From Escherichia coli (GTDB lineage: Bacteria > Pseudomonadota > Gammaproteobacteria > Enterobacterales > Enterobacteriaceae), in the NCBI RefSeq assembly GCF_050320075.1, contig NZ_CP190018.1: a stretch of DNA of 64,000 nucleotides; one strand, given 5' to 3'. Below, piece after piece: positions 30,579 to 46,210 of the stretch. The translations under genes were made by a program, and so were the position numbers. Each line of letters opens with the position of its first letter. Position 1 is the stretch's first letter. The notes under the pieces were generated by a model. The model searched no databases and was not told the origin of the DNA. It saw nothing but the letters and a program-made list of their open reading frames with translations.

Positions 30579-31500
30579 CTGACGACAAAATAGCGTCAAG
30601 AGAAGTGACCAGTTTCGGTAATCCCGCTTGTAAATGCTCACTAAACGCCTGAACCAGCGCTGATGACGGGCGGTGCAGGGGGCGGATCAGGCTGACGGTG
30701 AACGGAACCGCAATACTGAACCGCCGCACCACTAAACCGCTTGCCGCATAATCCAGTGCGGTGAGCGGGTTAACCACCGAAACACCTACCCCCGCCCGTA
30801 CCATTGCGCAGACTGACGCGGCGCTGTGGGTTTCTACGATCATGCGTCGTTTAACCTGATGTTCAGTAAACAATTGATCCAGCAACTGGCGATAGCTGTC
30901 AGTACGGGAAAGGCTGATGTAGTTCTCACTGTGAAAATCTTCTGGCGTTAATATCTCTTTTGCCGCCAGCGGATGACCCGGAGGTAACACACACACTTCA
31001 TCTAAAGAGAGTAATTCGGTACGTTCTGTTCCCGCAGGCGTATGGAGCGTCTCAGTGAGCCCTAAATCATGACGCTGGGCCGAGAGCCACTCTTCAAGTA
31101 GAGGTGATTCCTGGGGCACGATATTTAAGCTGACATCGGGATAACGTGCCAGAAAGGGTTGCAGGAGCTGCGGTAAAAAAGATTGCGAAAAGACCGGCAG
31201 GCAGGCTATAGACAGTTCTCCCTGGCGAAACTCGCGCAGACTTTCTGCGGCGCTGACAATGCGATCCAGTCCGTACCAGGATCGTTGCACTTCTTCAAAC
31301 AGACGCAGTCCTTGCACGGTAGGATGTAATCGTCCACGTACGCGCTCAAACAATTTCAGCCCGATCACCTTCTCAAAGCGCGCCAGTTCGCGGCTGACTG
31401 TTGGCTGTGAGGTGTGTAGCAGGTGTGCCGCCTCAGTCAGGCTTCCGGCGGTCATTACCGCATGAAAAATTTCAATATGACGTAAGTTAACGGCGGCCAT
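30565..31500 (-). CDS. lysR: LysR-type transcriptional activator of lysA
   Basis: 311 aa; N-terminal HTH; divergent from lysA. Confidence 0.95.
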   Translation of the reverse strand: MAAVNLRHIEIFHAVMTAGSLTEAAHLLHTSQPTVSRELARFEKVIGLKLFERVRGRLHPTVQGLRLFEEVQRSWYGLDRIVSAAESLREFRQGELSIACLPVFSQSFLPQLLQPFLARYPDVSLNIVPQESPLLEEWLSAQRHDLGLTETLHTPAGTERTELLSLDEVCVLPPGHPLAAKEILTPEDFHSENYISLSRTDSYRQLLDQLFTEHQVKRRMIVETHSAASVCAMVRAGVGVSVVNPLTALDYAASGLVVRRFSIAVPFTVSLIRPLHRPSSALVQAFSEHLQAGLPKLVTSLDAILSSATTA

Positions 31501-31621
31501 TAGCGCTCTCTCGCAATCCGGTAATCCATATCATTTTTGCATAGACTCAACATAAATCGATATTTTTTATTCTTTTTATGATGTGGCGTAATCATAAAAA
31601 AGCACTTATCTGGAGTTTGTT

Positions 31622-32884
31622 ATGCCACATTCACTGTTCAGCACCGATACCGACCTCACCGCCGAAAATCTGCTGCGTTTGCCCGCAGAATTTGGCTGCC
31701 CGGTGTGGGCCTACGATGCGCAAATTATTCGTCGGCAGATTGCAGCGCTGAAACAGTTTGATGTGGTGCGCTTCGCACAGAAAGCCTGTTCCAATATTCA
31801 TATTTTGCGCTTAATGCGTGAGCAGGGCGTGAAAGTGGATTCCGTCTCGTTAGGCGAAATAGAGCGTGCGTTGGCGGCGGGTTACAATCCGCAAACGCAC
31901 CCCGATGATATTGTTTTTACGGCAGATGTTATCGATCAGGCGACGCTTGAACGCGTCAGTGAATTGCAAATTCCGGTGAATGCGGGTTCTGTTGATATGC
32001 TCGACCAACTGGGTCAGGTTTCGCCAGGGCATCGGGTATGGCTGCGTGTTAATCCGGGGTTTGGTCACGGGCATAGCCAAAAAACCAATACTGGTGGCGA
32101 AAACAGCAAGCACGGTATCTGGTACACCGATCTGCCCGCCGCACTGGACGTGATACAACGTCATCATCTACAGCTGGTCGGCATTCACATGCACATTGGT
32201 TCTGGCGTTGATTATGCCCATCTGGAACAGGTATGTGGTGCTATGGTGCGTCTGGTCCTCGAATTCGGTCAGGATTTACAGGCTATTTCTGCGGGTGGTG
32301 GGCTTTCTATTCCTTATCAACAGGGTGAAGAGGCGGTTGATACCGAACATTATTATGGTCTGTGGAATGCCGCGCGTGAGCAAATCGCCCGCCATTTGGG
32401 CCACCCTGTGAAACTGGAAATTGAACCGGGTCGCTTCCTGGTAGCGCAGTCTGGCGTGTTAATTACTCAGGTGCGGAGCGTCAAACAAATGGGTAGCCGC
32501 CACTTTGTGCTGGTTGATGCCGGGTTTAACGATCTGATGCGCCCGGCAATGTACGGTAGTTACCACCATATCAGTGCCCTGGCAGCTGATGGTCGTTCTC
32601 TGGAACACGCACCAACGGTGGAAACCGTCGTCGCCGGGCCGTTATGTGAATCGGGCGATGTCTTTACCCAGCAGGAAGGGGGAAATGTTGAAACCCGCGC
32701 CTTGCCGGAAGTGAAGGCGGGTGATTATCTGGTATTGCATGATACGGGGGCATATGGCGCATCAATGTCATCCAACTACAATAGCCGTCCGCTGTTACCA
32801 GAAGTTCTGTTTGATAATGGTCAGGCGCGGTTAATTCGCCGTCGCCAGACCATCGAAGAATTACTGGCACTGGAATTGCTTTAA
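31622..32884 (+). CDS. lysA: diaminopimelate decarboxylase
   Basis: 420 aa; PLP-dependent decarboxylase fold; conserved synteny. Confidence 0.95.
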   Translation: MPHSLFSTDTDLTAENLLRLPAEFGCPVWAYDAQIIRRQIAALKQFDVVRFAQKACSNIHILRLMREQGVKVDSVSLGEIERALAAGYNPQTHPDDIVFTADVIDQATLERVSELQIPVNAGSVDMLDQLGQVSPGHRVWLRVNPGFGHGHSQKTNTGGENSKHGIWYTDLPAALDVIQRHHLQLVGIHMHIGSGVDYAHLEQVCGAMVRLVLEFGQDLQAISAGGGLSIPYQQGEEAVDTEHYYGLWNAAREQIARHLGHPVKLEIEPGRFLVAQSGVLITQVRSVKQMGSRHFVLVDAGFNDLMRPAMYGSYHHISALAADGRSLEHAPTVETVVAGPLCESGDVFTQQEGGNVETRALPEVKAGDYLVLHDTGAYGASMSSNYNSRPLLPEVLFDNGQARLIRRRQTIEELLALELL

Positions 32885-32890
32885 CTGCGG

Positions 32891-33922
32891 TTAGTCGCTG
32901 GTTGCATGATGACTTGCCTCCAGCGACGGAGTTGACACTGAATGGCGACGTACCAGCGTCGGACTAAAGACATTAGTGATTTCCGGGAGAGGGCGATTAT
33001 CCGCCAGTGCCAAAGCCAGTTCGGCAGCCTGCGTCGCCATCGTCACGATTGGGTAACGCACGGTGGTCAGGCGCGGACGCACATAGCGTGACACCAGCAC
33101 ATCATCAAAGCCAATTAACGAAATCTCACCCGGTACATCAATACCATTATCATTGAGAACGCCCATCGCACCCGCCGCCATTGAATCGTTATAACAGGCT
33201 ACCGCAGTGAAATTTCTGCCTCGTCCCAAAAGCTCGGTCATTGCCTGTTCGCCGCCGCTTTCGTCTGGTTCGCCAAATGTCACCAGCCGGTCATTGGCCG
33301 CAATACCACTTTCAGCAAGGGCATCGTAATACCCTTGCAGACGATCTTCGGCGTCAGAAATAGAGTGGTTAGAACACAGATAACCAATGCGGGTATGACC
33401 TTGCTGAATTAAATGACGCGTTGCCAGCCAGGCACCGTAACGATCGTCCAGAGCAATACAACGGTTTTCAAAGCCAGGCAGGATACGGTTGATCAGCACC
33501 ATACCGGGCATTTGTTTCATTAATGAGGCTAAATCGGCATCCGGTATCATTTTGGCATGGACGACCAACGCAGCACAGCGATGGCGGATCAGTTGCTCAA
33601 TAGCCTGACGCTCTTTTTGTTCGTTGTGGTAACCGTTGCCAATCAATAAAAAATTACCAGTGTGATAAGCCACCTGTTCGACCGCTTTCACCATTGCACC
33701 GAAAAACGGATCGGAAACATCACCAACGACCAGACCGACCGTTTCAGTGGTCTGCTGCGCCAGCGCACGGGCGTTGGCGTTCGGGTGATAGCTAAGAGAC
33801 TCCATTGCACTATGCACAGCAAGCCGGGAAGCTTCGCTGGCTTTGGGTGAATTATTAATGACGCGGGAAACGGTGGCGACTGAAACGCCTGCCAGTCGGG
33901 CTACATCCTTTATGGTCGCCAT
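32891..33922 (-). CDS. galR: galactose operon repressor (LacI family)
   Basis: 343 aa; N-terminal LacI-type HTH (MATIKDVARLAGVSVATVSRVIN). Confidence 0.95.
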   Translation of the reverse strand: MATIKDVARLAGVSVATVSRVINNSPKASEASRLAVHSAMESLSYHPNANARALAQQTTETVGLVVGDVSDPFFGAMVKAVEQVAYHTGNFLLIGNGYHNEQKERQAIEQLIRHRCAALVVHAKMIPDADLASLMKQMPGMVLINRILPGFENRCIALDDRYGAWLATRHLIQQGHTRIGYLCSNHSISDAEDRLQGYYDALAESGIAANDRLVTFGEPDESGGEQAMTELLGRGRNFTAVACYNDSMAAGAMGVLNDNGIDVPGEISLIGFDDVLVSRYVRPRLTTVRYPIVTMATQAAELALALADNRPLPEITNVFSPTLVRRHSVSTPSLEASHHATSD

Positions 33923-34135
33923 GAAAATACCTTAGTGGGTAAACGCTTACATTCTTTCAGTGTTACGGAAAACGCCCGTTGGTTCAAGGGGTGGCGTGTT
34001 TTCATCGTGGGAATGTGAGCCAAACGCAAATAAGTAAGACAAAAAAAGAGATTGCAAACCTTTGGTTACACTTTGCGAAACGCTGTTGCGATTGACCGCT
34101 GGTGGCGTTTGGCTTCAGGTTGCTAAAGTGGTGAT

Positions 34136-34217
34136 CCCAGAGGTATTGATAGGTGAAGTCAACTTCGGGTTGAGCACATGAATTACACCAGCCTGCGCAG
34201 ATGCGCAGGTTTTTTTT
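34136..34217 (+). ncRNA. omrB: OmrB small regulatory RNA
   Basis: CCCAGAGGTATTGATAGGTGAAGTCAACTTCGGGTTGAGCAC... ending in GCGCAGATGCGCAGG hairpin plus T-run. Confidence 0.9.
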
Positions 34218-34332
34218 TGCCGGTCATCAATCTGTAACAGTAACCGACAATTTACACACCTCGTTGCATTTCCCTTCATTCCTTTGCGTTTTCTCACTGG
34301 CGAAGAGTCGTCGTGCAGACCACAATCAAGAT

Positions 34333-34420
34333 CCCAGAGGTATTGATTGGTGAGATTATTCGGTACGCTCTTCGTACCCTGTCTCTTGCACCAACCTGCG
34401 CGGATGCGCAGGTTTTTTTT
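34333..34420 (+). ncRNA. omrA: OmrA small regulatory RNA
   Basis: CCCAGAGGTATTGATTGGTGAGATTATTCGGTACGCTCTTCGTACC... ending in GCGCGGATGCGCAGG hairpin plus T-run; paralogue of OmrB. Confidence 0.9.
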
Positions 34421-34486
34421 CGCACCTAATTTACTGTCGCTCGCGTTCTTTATCTCGTGTAATCTCCCTCCATTCGCTTTTACTGA

Positions 34487-37853
<3,367 letters not shown>

Positions 37854-37884
37854 TATTTAACGCCGGTTTTAACCGGCGTTAATC

Positions 37885-38925
37885 TTATGGTGCCGGATAA
37901 GTATAAACCTGATGTACCGCTTCAATTTCAGCTAATACGTCTTCGCTTAACTCCAGATGCAAACTTTCGACGTTAGTTTTCAGCTGCTCCATCGTGGTTG
38001 CGCCCAGCAGAGTGCTGGCAACAAACGGTTGACGGCGTACAAAAGCGAGCGCCATCTGAGCAGGATCCAGGCCATGACGTCTGGCGATATCAACATACGC
38101 CGCGACGGCTTTTTGCGTTTGCTCACCGCTATAGCGGGTGAAGCGACTAAAGAGCGTATTACGTGCGCCAGCGGGTTTTGCACCATTGAGATATTTCCCG
38201 GTCAGTGTGCCGAAACCCAGGCACGAATAGGCCAGCAGTTCGACCCCTTCATACTGGCTGACTTCTGCCAGACCTACTTCAAAACTGCGGTTTAACAGGC
38301 TGTAGGGGTTCTGAATGGTGACAATACGCGGCAGATCGTGTTTGTCCGCCAGATGCAGGTAGCGCATTACGCCAAATGCAGTTTCGTTCGACACGCCGAT
38401 ATAACGAATTTTTCCCGCGCGTTGGTACTCTGCCAGTGCGTCCAGCGTATCCAGCAGCGAAACCGCAGGCGCAGAATCTGTCCAGCTATAACCGAGTTTG
38501 CCGAAGCAGTTGGTTGGGCGCTGCGGCCAGTGCACCTGATAGAGATCGAGGTAATCAGTCTGCAGACGCTTGAGGCTGTCATGCAGCGCTTCGCGGATAT
38601 TCTTCCGATCCAGCGCCTGATCCGGGCGGATGCCCTTGTCATTATTGCGCGACGGTCCGCTCACTTTGGAGGCGATAATTAACTTTTCGCGGCTGCCATG
38701 TTTCGCCAGCCAGTTGCCGACGTAGGTTTCAGTCAACCCTTGCGTTTCGGGGCGCGGAGGTACTGGGTACATTTCGGCAACGTCGATAAGGTTAATGCCC
38801 TGAGCGACGGCATAGTCGAGTTGTGCGTGGGCGTCGGCTTCGCTGTTCTGTTCACCAAACGTCATCGTGCCAAGCCCCAGCGTGCTGACTTCCAGCGAAC
38901 TGTGGGGTATACGGTGATATTGCAT
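37885..38925 (-). CDS. tas: aldo-keto reductase
   Basis: 346 aa; aldo-keto reductase family. Confidence 0.95.
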   Translation of the reverse strand: MQYHRIPHSSLEVSTLGLGTMTFGEQNSEADAHAQLDYAVAQGINLIDVAEMYPVPPRPETQGLTETYVGNWLAKHGSREKLIIASKVSGPSRNNDKGIRPDQALDRKNIREALHDSLKRLQTDYLDLYQVHWPQRPTNCFGKLGYSWTDSAPAVSLLDTLDALAEYQRAGKIRYIGVSNETAFGVMRYLHLADKHDLPRIVTIQNPYSLLNRSFEVGLAEVSQYEGVELLAYSCLGFGTLTGKYLNGAKPAGARNTLFSRFTRYSGEQTQKAVAAYVDIARRHGLDPAQMALAFVRRQPFVASTLLGATTMEQLKTNVESLHLELSEDVLAEIEAVHQVYTYPAP

Positions 38926-39032
38926 AGCCGTTTCCTTTTTATAATCACGACATAAGGAATATAAAAATGGCAGAGGGAAGGGAAAAGGGAAAGAGAAAAA
39001 TCTTAAGGCCAGCCGGATGCTGACCTTATTAG

Positions 39033-39251
39033 TTAACGTTCAATAATTTGCGAAACATCATCACGGTTAATTTGCATCGCGTTACCTTGCTGATCGTGAT
39101 AACTCACCAGCCCGGTATCATCATCAATTTCAGGTTTTCCATCGGTCAAAATCATACGGCCATCTTTGGTCGCCATGACGTAATCACTGGAACACCCGGA
39201 AACAGCAAACGCCAGTCCGACTGCAGAAATTATTACTGCCCATTTTTTCAT
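39033..39251 (-). CDS. ygdR: small lipoprotein
   Basis: 72 aa; lipobox in [20 protein letters not shown]. Confidence 0.9.
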
Positions 39252-39388
39252 CCGGTTATCCTCATTTGGCCCACCTATGATAATAGTCTGTTTATAAACC
39301 GACGTTATATATCTTGAAAGCAGGAAAATCTTAAACTGTGAGGGGAACAGGAGTGAGTACGCCCTCCCGCAGGAGAGCGTACGGAGTA

Positions 39389-40102
39389 TCAGAGCGGGTT
39401 CTTTTTGTTGCGAATAAGGTTGAGGCTTTCAACCGCAATAGAGAAGAACATCGCGAAGTAGATGTAACCTTTCGGTACGTGGATGTCGAAACTTTCCAGA
39501 ATCAGGGTAAAGCCCACCAGAATCAGGAAAGAGAGCGCCAGCATTTTTACCGAAGGATGGCGCTCGACAAAATCACCAATCGAACGCGCAGCGAACATCA
39601 TCACGCCTACGGCAATTACCACGGCTGCCATCATAATAAACAGGTGATCTGACAGACCCACAGCGGTAATCACTGAATCGAGGCTGAAGATAATATCCAG
39701 CAGCATAATCTGCACGATAGCGCCGAGGAATGATGAAACGCGTGTTTTCAGCCCTTCTTCTTCACCTTCGATGGATTCGTGGATTTCCTTGCTGGCTTTC
39801 CAGATAAGGAACAAGCCACCCAGAAGCAGAATCAAATCACGGGCGGAAATTTCCTGACTGAATATTGTAAAAAGCGGATTCGTCAGGCGCGTAACCCAGG
39901 CGATGGATGCCAGCAGCGCCAGACGCATAACCATGGCTCCCGCCAACCCCAGACGGCGCGCATGAGCACGTTGTGCTGTGGGAAGCTTTGCCACCACCAG
40001 AGAAAGGAAAATAATATTGTCGATCCCAAGAACGATCTCCAGCAGCGTCAGCGTACCGAGCGCAAGCCAGGCGTTAGGATCGGTTATCCATGCAAATAAC
40101 AT
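39389..40102 (-). CDS. ygdQ: TerC-family inner membrane protein
   Basis: 237 aa polytopic membrane protein. Confidence 0.9.
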
Positions 40103-40170
40103 CTAAAAAGCCCTGCCAAAAAAATGAAGCGGTAATTATATGCCCGGAAAGCGGCAGGTCAAAGCGATGG

Positions 40171-40860
40171 CTACTGGATCAGAAAATGACGGGCCAGTAG
40201 TGCACTGGTGAAATTCTTCTTCAAATAAAAGCCGCGTGGCAGCGTCAGAATCCGTTCGCCCCGGGCACCAATGGCTTCGGTAAGTGCTTTCGCATTCGCT
40301 GCTTTCGGTCGTATCTGTAAATATTCCCCGTGACGAGCGGTAATCCGCTCAACCTGACCGAGAACAATCATATCCATTAATTCTTCCCAGTCTTCGCGTA
40401 GCTGTCGGTCTTCCTCTTCATTCGGGCTCCACAGTAACGGTGATCCTACGCGACGCTGCGCCAGCGGGATGCTGCGCTCGCCTTCAACCGGTATCCACAG
40501 TACGCGTTTGAGCTTGTGGCGTACGTGGCTGGTTTCCCAGGTCACCCCGCTATTACCCGTTAACGGGGCAACACAAACGAATGTTGTTTCCAGCGGACGA
40601 CCAAGACTATCCACAGGGATAGTTTTAAGTTCCACGCCCAGGGCAGCAAAATCTTGCTCAGGTTTACTTCCTGCGCTGGCACCTAGCCAGATCTCCAGTA
40701 ACACGCCAATCCAGCCCTTATCGCGTTTTAAATTCTCTGGTGTAACCAGCCCGGCAAGTGCCGCCAGTTCTCCCAATGTATAACCAGAAAGTTGCTGTGC
40801 TTGCGCTAACAACTGTTCTTCAGTTTCGGGAGGAGAGAGCAGTGGGCGAGGTTGGGACAT
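40171..40860 (-). CDS. mutH: methyl-directed mismatch repair endonuclease
   Basis: 229 aa; conserved synteny. Confidence 0.95.
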
Positions 40861-41544
40861 GTCACGATACCTTGGTTAAAAAATAAACAGCAATTATGTG
40901 CCGAATATTCGTAGTGTAACTTTTTCCACATGCGTTGTTCAATTCTCTGATTTATATTGCTTTTTAGGCTTCCTGTAATCGAGTTGCGCAACACTGCAAC
41001 GGGTTTTCCAAATCTGGTCACTGAAAATAAACAGGATCTTACACCATGTTATCCACAGAAAGCTGGGATAACTGTGAAAAACCTCCACTACTGTTTCCAT
41101 TTACAGCCTTGACGTGCGACGAAACTCCAGTTTTTAGTGGTTCAGTGCTTAACTTAGTGGCACATTCTGTGGATAAATACCGCATTGGTTGATCTTTCGC
41201 CAACCCGTAAATGAGAGGTGTGACCTGGGTCACGAATTACTCTTTTTTATTACTAAAATTACATGTAATGCATTGACTGATAATGAATATTTTAAAATGT
41301 CTATATCGGGCTTATTCAGAATGCTCCGGGTTTTCCCGTAGTAATTCCGTAGTTCTTCACAACTCTATCCACAGAAAAGGTGAATAAAAACGGCTATCCA
41401 CCCCTTCCTCTGTTTATAACTCTGCACATAACTGTGAGTTATTCAATTGTTATTAGTGTGTAATGCCCTGCAGAGAGTGGTTTACCGTCTTCCTGGAGTA
41501 TGAAACAATCATTCGTATATAAAGCTTTATTTTGAGGTAGTCCG

Positions 41545-42075
41545 GTGATTGATGACGATGGCTACCGCCCAAACGTAGGTATCGTGATTTGTAATCGCCA
41601 GGGGCAGGTAATGTGGGCCCGGCGATTTGGTCAGCACTCCTGGCAATTTCCGCAAGGCGGAATCAACCCCGGAGAATCCGCAGAGCAGGCGATGTACCGT
41701 GAATTGTTTGAAGAAGTAGGATTAAGCCGTAAAGACGTTCGAATCCTTGCTTCAACGCGTAACTGGTTGCGCTACAAATTACCGAAACGTTTGGTGCGTT
41801 GGGACACGAAGCCGGTTTGTATCGGCCAAAAACAAAAATGGTTTCTCTTGCAGCTGGTGAGCGGCGATGCAGAAATCAATATGCAAACCAGCAGTACACC
41901 AGAGTTTGACGGCTGGCGATGGGTAAGTTACTGGTATCCGGTCAGACAGGTGGTGTCATTTAAACGTGATGTCTACCGTAGGGTAATGAAAGAGTTCGCG
42001 AGTGTGGTGATGTCACTGCAGGAAAATACGCCAAAACCACAAAACGCATCTGCTTATCGACGTAAAAGAGGTTAA
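41545..42075 (+). CDS. rppH: RNA pyrophosphohydrolase (Nudix)
   Basis: 176 aa; Nudix box [22 protein letters not shown]. Confidence 0.95.
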
Positions 42076-42087
42076 GTCACGCCAATT

Positions 42088-44334
42088 ATGCTCACTCGCC
42101 TGCGCGAAATAGTCGAAAAGGTAGCCAGCGCACCACGCCTGAATGAGGCGTTAAATATTCTGGTTACCGACATCTGTCTTGCGATGGATACCGAGGTCTG
42201 TTCGGTTTACCTTGCCGATCATGATCGACGTTGTTACTACCTGATGGCGACCCGGGGGCTGAAAAAACCACGCGGTCGCACTGTAACGCTCGCGTTTGAT
42301 GAAGGGATCGTCGGCCTGGTTGGCAGGCTGGCGGAACCGATAAACCTTGCAGATGCGCAAAAGCACCCCAGCTTCAAATACATCCCCTCCGTAAAAGAAG
42401 AACGTTTCCGCGCGTTTTTAGGCGTACCAATTATTCAACGTCGCCAGTTGCTTGGTGTACTGGTGGTACAGCAACGAGAGTTGCGCCAGTATGACGAAAG
42501 TGAAGAATCCTTCCTGGTGACGCTTGCCACTCAGATGGCAGCTATTCTTTCTCAGTCGCAGTTGACTGCCTTGTTTGGACAATATCGCCAGACGCGAATC
42601 CGTGCATTACCGGCAGCGCCTGGTGTGGCGATTGCCGAAGGCTGGCAGGATGCCACGTTACCTTTAATGGAACAGGTGTATCAGGCATCAACGCTGGATC
42701 CGGCTCTGGAACGCGAACGACTGACCGGGGCGCTGGAAGAAGCGGCAAACGAGTTTCGCCGCTACAGCAAACGCTTTGCCGCCGGTGCACAAAAAGAAAC
42801 GGCGGCTATTTTCGATCTTTACTCGCACCTGCTTTCGGACACCCGGCTGCGGCGCGAATTGTTTGCCGAGGTTGATAAAGGCTCGGTGGCAGAGTGGGCG
42901 GTAAAAACGGTCATTGAAAAATTTGCCGAACAGTTTGCCGCGCTAAGCGATAACTATCTCAAAGAGCGGGCTGGCGATTTACGTGCGCTGGGGCAGCGAT
43001 TGCTGTTTCATCTTGATGACGCTAATCAAGGGCCGAACGCCTGGCCGGAACGTTTCATTCTGGTGGCAGATGAACTGTCAGCGACAACGCTTGCTGAGCT
43101 GCCCCAGGATCGCTTAGTCGGTGTTGTCGTACGCGATGGCGCAGCCAACTCCCATGCTGCGATCATGGTACGTGCGCTGGGGATCCCTACCGTGATGGGC
43201 GCGGATATTCAGCCTTCGGTGCTGCATCGTCGGACGCTGATTGTCGATGGTTATCGCGGTGAATTGCTGGTCGATCCGGAGCCGGTACTGCTGCAAGAAT
43301 ATCAGCGGCTAATTAGTGAAGAGATTGAGCTTAGCCGTCTGGCGGAAGATGACGTCAATTTACCCGCGCAGTTAAAAAGTGGCGAGCGTATAAAAGTCAT
43401 GCTCAATGCCGGTTTAAGCCCGGAACATGAAGAAAAACTGGGCAGCCGTATTGATGGCATAGGACTTTATCGCACTGAAATCCCATTCATGCTGCAAAGT
43501 GGTTTTCCGTCGGAAGAAGAACAGGTGGCGCAGTATCAGGGGATGCTGCAAATGTTCAATGATAAACCCGTCACCTTGCGTACGCTGGATGTCGGAGCAG
43601 ATAAGCAGCTGCCTTACATGCCGATCAGCGAAGAGAATCCATGCCTGGGTTGGCGTGGGATTCGCATTACGCTCGATCAGCCGGAGATCTTCTTGATCCA
43701 GGTGCGGGCGATGCTGCGTGCTAATGCCGCTACGGGCAACCTGAATATTCTGTTGCCGATGGTCACCAGCCTCGATGAAGTTGACGAAGCACGCCGCCTG
43801 ATTGAACGTGCCGGACGTGAAGTCGAGGAGATGATCGGTTACGAAATTCCCAAACCACGTATCGGCATCATGCTGGAAGTGCCGTCAATGGTATTTATGC
43901 TGCCGCATCTGGCAAAGCGGGTCGATTTCATCTCTGTTGGCACCAACGATCTGACTCAATACATCCTGGCCGTTGATCGCAACAATACCCGGGTGGCGAA
44001 CATTTATGACAGTCTTCATCCTGCAATGTTACGAGCTCTGGCGATGATCGCCCGGGAAGCGGAAATACATGGTATCGATCTCCGTTTGTGCAGTGAAATG
44101 GCGGGCGATCCCATGTGCGTGGCAATCCTCATTGGGCTTGGGTATCGCCATCTGTCTATGAACGGACGTTCTGTAGCGCGCGTAAAATACCTACTGCGGC
44201 GCATTGATTATGCCGAAGCAGAAAATCTTGCGCAGCGTAGTCTGGAAGCGCAACTGGCGACCGAAGTTCGCCATCAGGTTGCAGCCTTTATGGAGCGTCG
44301 CGGCATGGGCGGGTTGATTCGCGGAGGGTTATAG
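42088..44334 (+). CDS. ptsP: nitrogen-PTS enzyme I (GAF + EI domains)
   Basis: 748 aa; follows rppH. Confidence 0.95.
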   Translation: MLTRLREIVEKVASAPRLNEALNILVTDICLAMDTEVCSVYLADHDRRCYYLMATRGLKKPRGRTVTLAFDEGIVGLVGRLAEPINLADAQKHPSFKYIPSVKEERFRAFLGVPIIQRRQLLGVLVVQQRELRQYDESEESFLVTLATQMAAILSQSQLTALFGQYRQTRIRALPAAPGVAIAEGWQDATLPLMEQVYQASTLDPALERERLTGALEEAANEFRRYSKRFAAGAQKETAAIFDLYSHLLSDTRLRRELFAEVDKGSVAEWAVKTVIEKFAEQFAALSDNYLKERAGDLRALGQRLLFHLDDANQGPNAWPERFILVADELSATTLAELPQDRLVGVVVRDGAANSHAAIMVRALGIPTVMGADIQPSVLHRRTLIVDGYRGELLVDPEPVLLQEYQRLISEEIELSRLAEDDVNLPAQLKSGERIKVMLNAGLSPEHEEKLGSRIDGIGLYRTEIPFMLQSGFPSEEEQVAQYQGMLQMFNDKPVTLRTLDVGADKQLPYMPISEENPCLGWRGIRITLDQPEIFLIQVRAMLRANAATGNLNILLPMVTSLDEVDEARRLIERAGREVEEMIGYEIPKPRIGIMLEVPSMVFMLPHLAKRVDFISVGTNDLTQYILAVDRNNTRVANIYDSLHPAMLRALAMIAREAEIHGIDLRLCSEMAGDPMCVAILIGLGYRHLSMNGRSVARVKYLLRRIDYAEAENLAQRSLEAQLATEVRHQVAAFMERRGMGGLIRGGL

Positions 44335-44484
44335 CGCGGATCATATACATATCTTTTAACGGTATCCGGCAACCAGCCAGGTCCCCTTGTGCTATTATTC
44401 GCACCTTTGGAGCGCCTGAAACCTGCGGCGCGCATTTCAATCGCTGTTCTCTTTCAGCGAAATAACAAGAACTTGTGGTGACAG

Positions 44485-45360
44485 ATGACCAGTAGCTATC
44501 TGCATTTTCCGGAGTTTGATCCGGTCATTTTCTCAATAGGACCCGTAGCGCTTCACTGGTACGGCCTGATGTATCTGGTGGGTTTCATTTTTGCAATGTG
44601 GCTGGCAACACGTCGGGCGAATCGTCCGGGCAGCGGCTGGACCAAAAATGAAGTTGAAAACTTACTCTATGCGGGCTTCCTCGGCGTCTTCCTCGGTGGA
44701 CGTATTGGTTATGTTCTGTTCTACAATTTCCCGCAGTTTATGGCCGATCCGCTGTATCTGTTCCGTGTCTGGGACGGCGGCATGTCTTTCCACGGTGGCC
44801 TGATTGGCGTTATCGTGGTGATGATTATCTTCGCCCGCCGTACTAAACGTTCCTTCTTCCAGGTCTCTGATTTTATCGCACCACTCATTCCGTTTGGTCT
44901 TGGCGCCGGGCGTCTGGGCAATTTTATTAACGGTGAATTGTGGGGCCGCGTTGACCCGAACTTCCCGTTTGCCATGCTGTTCCCTGGCTCCCGTACAGAA
45001 GATATTTTGCTGCTGCAAACCAACCCGCAGTGGCAATCCATTTTCGACACTTACGGTGTGCTGCCGCGCCACCCATCACAGCTTTACGAGCTGCTGCTGG
45101 AAGGTGTGGTGCTGTTTATTATCCTCAACCTGTATATTCGTAAACCGCGCCCAATGGGAGCAGTCTCAGGCTTGTTCCTGATTGGCTACGGCGCGTTTCG
45201 CATCATTGTTGAGTTTTTCCGCCAGCCCGACGCGCAGTTTACCGGTGCCTGGGTGCAGTACATCAGCATGGGGCAAATTCTTTCCATCCCGATGATTGTC
45301 GCGGGTGTGATCATGATGGTCTGGGCATATCGTCGCAGCCCACAGCAACACGTTTCCTGA
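44485..45360 (+). CDS. lgt: prolipoprotein diacylglyceryl transferase
   Basis: 291 aa polytopic membrane protein; upstream of thyA. Confidence 0.95.
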
Positions 45361-45366
45361 GGAACC

Positions 45367-46161
45367 ATGAAACAGTATTTAGAACTGATGCAAAAAGTGC
45401 TCGACGAAGGCACACAGAAAAACGACCGTACCGGAACCGGAACGCTTTCCATTTTTGGTCATCAGATGCGTTTTAACCTGCAGGATGGATTCCCGCTGGT
45501 GACAACTAAACGTTGCCACCTGCGTTCCATCATCCATGAACTGCTGTGGTTTCTGCAGGGCGACACTAACATTGCTTATCTACACGAAAACAATGTCACC
45601 ATCTGGGACGAATGGGCCGATGAAAACGGCGACCTCGGGCCAGTGTATGGTAAACAGTGGCGCGCCTGGCCAACGCCAGATGGTCGTCATATTGACCAGA
45701 TCACTACGGTACTGAACCAGCTGAAAAACGACCCGGATTCGCGCCGCATTATTGTTTCAGCGTGGAACGTAGGCGAACTGGATAAAATGGCGCTGGCACC
45801 GTGCCATGCATTCTTCCAGTTCTATGTGGCAGACGGCAAACTCTCTTGCCAGCTTTATCAGCGCTCCTGTGACGTCTTCCTCGGCCTGCCGTTCAACATT
45901 GCCAGCTACGCGTTACTGGTGCATATGATGGCGCAGCAGTGCGATCTGGAAGTGGGTGATTTTGTCTGGACCGGTGGCGACACGCACCTGTACAGCAATC
46001 ATATGGATCAAACTCATCTGCAATTAAGCCGCGAACCGCGTCCGCTGCCGAAGTTGATTATCAAACGTAAACCCGAATCCATCTTCGACTACCGTTTCGA
46101 AGACTTTGAGATTGAAGGATACGATCCACATCCGGGCATTAAAGCGCCGGTGGCTATCTAA
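45367..46161 (+). CDS. thyA: thymidylate synthase
   Basis: 264 aa; active-site region with PCH motif ([12 protein letters not shown]). Confidence 0.97.
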
Positions 46162-46181
46162 TTACGAAACATCCTGCCAGA

Positions 46182-46210
46182 GCCGACGCCAGTGTGCGTC
46201 GGTTTTTTTT
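46182..46210 (+). terminator. rho-independent terminator after thyA
   Basis: GCCGACGCC...GCGTCGG hairpin followed by TTTTTTTT. Confidence 0.65.

Noticed and set aside
41039-41233. 64 aa minus-strand ORF between mutH and rppH
   Set aside because: No ribosome-binding site or recognisable features; it lies in the promoter region of the rppH-ptsP operon. Could be a small gene, but unsupported here.
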